Below are positions 61,480-64,000 of a DNA stretch of 64,000 nucleotides, piece by piece. The stretch covers positions 134,788,001 through 134,852,000 of the forward strand of contig OZ024743.1 in NCBI GenBank assembly GCA_964016885.1, written 5' to 3'. The position numbers and the translations under genes were made by a program. The notes below the pieces were generated by a model. That model was not told the DNA's origin. It was given only the letters and a program-made list of their open reading frames with translations, and did no database searches. How positions within the stretch are numbered: position 1 is the stretch's first letter; every line of letters starts with the position of its first letter. Source of the stretch: Eledone cirrhosa. Its lineage: Eukaryota.

Positions 61480-64000
61480 AAAACATCAAGCACCAAGCAC
61501 CAAGAACCAAGCACCAAGCACCAAACACCAAACACCAAGCACCAAATACCAAACACCAGACACCAAGCACCAAACACCAAACACCAAGCACCAAGAACCA
61601 AACACCAAGCACCAAGCACCAAGAACCAAGCACCAAACACCAAGCACCAAGCAAGAAGCACCAAACATCAAGCCCCAAGCACCAACCACCAAACAACAAG
61701 AACCAAGCACCAACAACCAAACACCAATCACCAAGCACCAAACACCAATCACCAAGCAGCAAGCACCAATCACCAAACACCAAAAATCAAGCACCAAGCA
61801 CCAAGTACCAAACACCAAATGCCAAACACCAAACACCAAGCACGTAGCACCAAGCACCAAGCACCAAGCACCAAACACCAAGCACCAAGCACCAAACACC
61901 AAACACCAAGCACCAAGCACCAAGCACAAAACATCAAGCACCAAGCACCAAGAACCAAGCACCAAGCACCAAACACCAAGCACCAAGCAAGAAGCACCAA
62001 ACACCAAGCCCCAAGCTCCAAGCACCAAACAACAAGAACCAAGCACCAAGCACCAAACACCAATCACCAAGCACCAAACACCAAGCACCAAGCACCAAGC
62101 ACCAATCACCAAACACCAAAAACCAAGCACCAAGCACCAAGTACCAAACACCAAATGCCAAACACCAAACACCACGCACCAGGCACCAAACACCAAGCAC
62201 CAAGCGCCAAAGACCAAACACCAAGCACCAAGCACCAAGCACCAAACACTAAACAGCAAACACCAAACAGCAAACACCAAACACCAAACACGAACCAGCA
62301 AACATCAAGCACCAAACACCAAACAGCAAACGCCAAACATCAAACGCCGAACACCAAACGCCAAACCGCAAACACCAAGCACCAAGCACCAAACACCAAT
62401 CACCAATCACCAAACACCATACACCAAGCACCAATCACCAAGCACCAAGCACCAAGCACCAAGCACCAAGCATCAAACACCAAGCACCTAGCACCAAGTA
62501 CAACACCAAGCACCAAACACCAAGCACCAGATACCAAGCACCAAGCACCAAGCACCAAGCACCAAACACCAAACACCAAGCACCAAGCACCAAGCACCAA
62601 GCACCAAACACCAAACACCAAACAGCAAACACAAAACACCAAATAGCAAACACCAATCACCAAACAGCAAACACCAAACACCAAACACCAAACAGCAAAC
62701 ACCAAACAACAAATAGCAAACAGCAAACAGCAAACAGCAAACACCAAACACCAAGCACCAAGCACCAAACACCAAGCACCAAACACCAAACACCAAGCAT
62801 CAAGCACCAAACAGCAGACACCAAGCACCAAGCACCAAACACAAAGCACCAAGCCCCAAGCACCAAACACCAAACACCAAGCACCAAACACCAAACACCA
62901 AGCACCAAGCACCAAACACCAAGCACCAAAACACCAAGCAGCAAGCGCCAAACACCAAACAGCAAGCACCAAGCACCAAACACCAAGCACCAAGCACCAA
63001 TCACCAAACACCGAGCACCAAGCACCAAACACCAAACACCAAGCACCAAGCACCAGACACCAAACACCAAGTACCAAGCACCAAGCACCAAACACCAAGC
63101 ACCAAGCACCAAGCACCAAGCACCAAACACCAAACACCAAACACCAAACAGCAAACACCAAACACCAAACACCAAACACCAAACAGCAAACACCAAACAC
63201 CAAACATAAAATACAAAACACCAAACAGCAAACACCAAACAGCAAACACCAAACACAAAAACAGCAAACACCAAACAGCAAACACCAAAAACCAAACACC
63301 AAACAGAAAATGCCAAACATCAAACGACAAACACCAAACGCCAAGCACCAAGCACCAAGCACCAAACACCAAGCACCACGCACCGAACACCAAATACCTA
63401 GCACCAAGAACCAAACACCAAGCACCAAGCACCAAACACCAAGCACCAAGCACCAAGCACCAAGCACCAAATACCAAACACCAAGCATCAAGCACCACAC
63501 ATCAAACACCAAGCACCAAGCACCAAAATCCAAACACCAAAGACCAGGCACCAAGCACCAATCACCAAGCACCAAGCACCAAGGAACAAACACCAAGCAC
63601 CAAGCACCAAGCACCAAACAGCAAACACAAACAGCAAACACCAAACAGCAAACACCAAACACCAAACAGCAAACACCAAACACCAAACAGCAAACACCAA
63701 ACACCAAACAGCAAACACCAAACAGCAAACACCAAACAGCAAACACCAAACACCAAACACCAAACACCAAACACCAAGCACCAAACACCAAGCACCAAGC
63801 AACAAGCACCAATCACCAAGCACCAAGCACCAAACACCAAACACCAAGCACCAAGCACCAAACACCAAACAACAAACAGCGAGCACCAAACACCAATCAC
63901 CAAGCACCAAACACCAAACACCAAACACCAAACACCAAGCACCAAACACCAAAAACCAAGCACCAAGCACAAAGCACCAAGCACCAAACACCAAACGCCA
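61480..64000 (+). repeat. Degenerate heptamer zone with many private variants and a diverged ~0.3-0.45-kb local duplication
   Basis: Units not seen elsewhere (CAAGAAG, CACGTAG, CACGAAC, CCGCAAA, CATAAAA, CGACAAA, CAGCGAG). Local repeat pairs GCAAGAAG 61651/61987 and TGCC 61820/62156 (offset 336). Confidence 0.8.

Larger units (their letters stand above)
1..64000 (+). repeat. Heptamer tandem satellite (CACCAAR)n / (YTTGGTG)n, ~9,100 units, continuing to both window edges
   Basis: Every line parses as CACCAAA/CACCAAG or a 1-3 substitution variant (CAGCAAA, CATCAAA, CACCTAA, CACCTAG, AACCAAG, GACCAAG, CACAAAA, CACCAAT, CACCCAG, CACCAGG). No inversion seen and the + strand is almost T-free. Unit count is 64000/7. 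Confidence 0.99.

Noticed and set aside
480-62646. + strand ATG ORFs (480-2165, 40240-41361, 46276-47820, 48484-49980, 59285-59716, 60880-61311, 61819-62646) resembling mucin- or histone H1-like repeat proteins
   Set aside because: Starts are sporadic point variants. For example, the ATG at 480 is AAG in the paralogous copies, and 40240 is a GTG. There is no non-repetitive coding context.
94-63994. Hundreds of - strand ORFs encoding LGAWCLV-type 'membrane proteins'
   Set aside because: They overlap in all three frames with the same peptide, mostly start at repeat-derived GTG/TTG codons, and have no domains or unique sequence. They are artefacts of a stop-free heptamer.
1-64000. CRISPR array
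   Set aside because: No 23-50-bp direct repeats separated by unique spacers, and no cas genes.
1-64000. Canonical telomere repeat (TTAGGG, TTTAGGG, TTAGG)
   Set aside because: The consensus differs. CACCTAA (containing TTAGG on the - strand) is only an isolated single-substitution variant and is never tandem.
1-64000. Identification with cyanobacterial STRR or other bacterial intergenic heptamer repeats, or with D. virilis ACAAACT satellites
   Set aside because: The unit sequence differs from those I know. Bacterial heptamer tracts are short and lie between genes, whereas this window is gene-free.
1-64000. Chi-like recombination site (GCTTGGTG versus E. coli GCTGGTGG)
   Set aside because: Not an exact match, and there is no evidence of a bacterial host.
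1-64000. Whole array being a synthetic or low-complexity sequencing artefact
   Set aside because: Ordered variants shared between diverged copies, and graded copy identities, indicate a real evolutionary history. Only the exact copy number of the identical blocks remains in doubt.

Overview
The whole 64-kb window is one uninterrupted, head-to-tail, single-orientation array of a 7-bp repeat. The consensus is CACCAAR on the + strand (CACCAAA and CACCAAG in roughly similar numbers) and YTTGGTG on the - strand. I found no unique sequence, credible gene, RNA gene, mobile element or CRISPR array. All listed ORFs are by-products of a stop-free heptamer that reads (S/N)TKHQ(A/T)P in every + frame and (L/F)G(A/V)WCLV in every - frame. 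The array is not a homogeneous microsatellite. Rare variant units and the A/G pattern are copied in long blocks, giving nested higher-order repeats (HORs): a ~0.3-kb motif grammar, a 5-8-kb HOR family at 1-35 kb, an older ~5.6-kb duplication at 35-46 kb, and young tandem duplications of 7377, 3885, 2208, 3988 and 1595 bp. The last ~2.5 kb is more degenerate. The best reading is eukaryotic satellite DNA (centromeric, heterochromatic or possibly a non-canonical telomere-like array) maintained by recombination. Organism and chromosomal position cannot be determined from the window. Block boundaries were read by eye and are approximate to a few repeat units.
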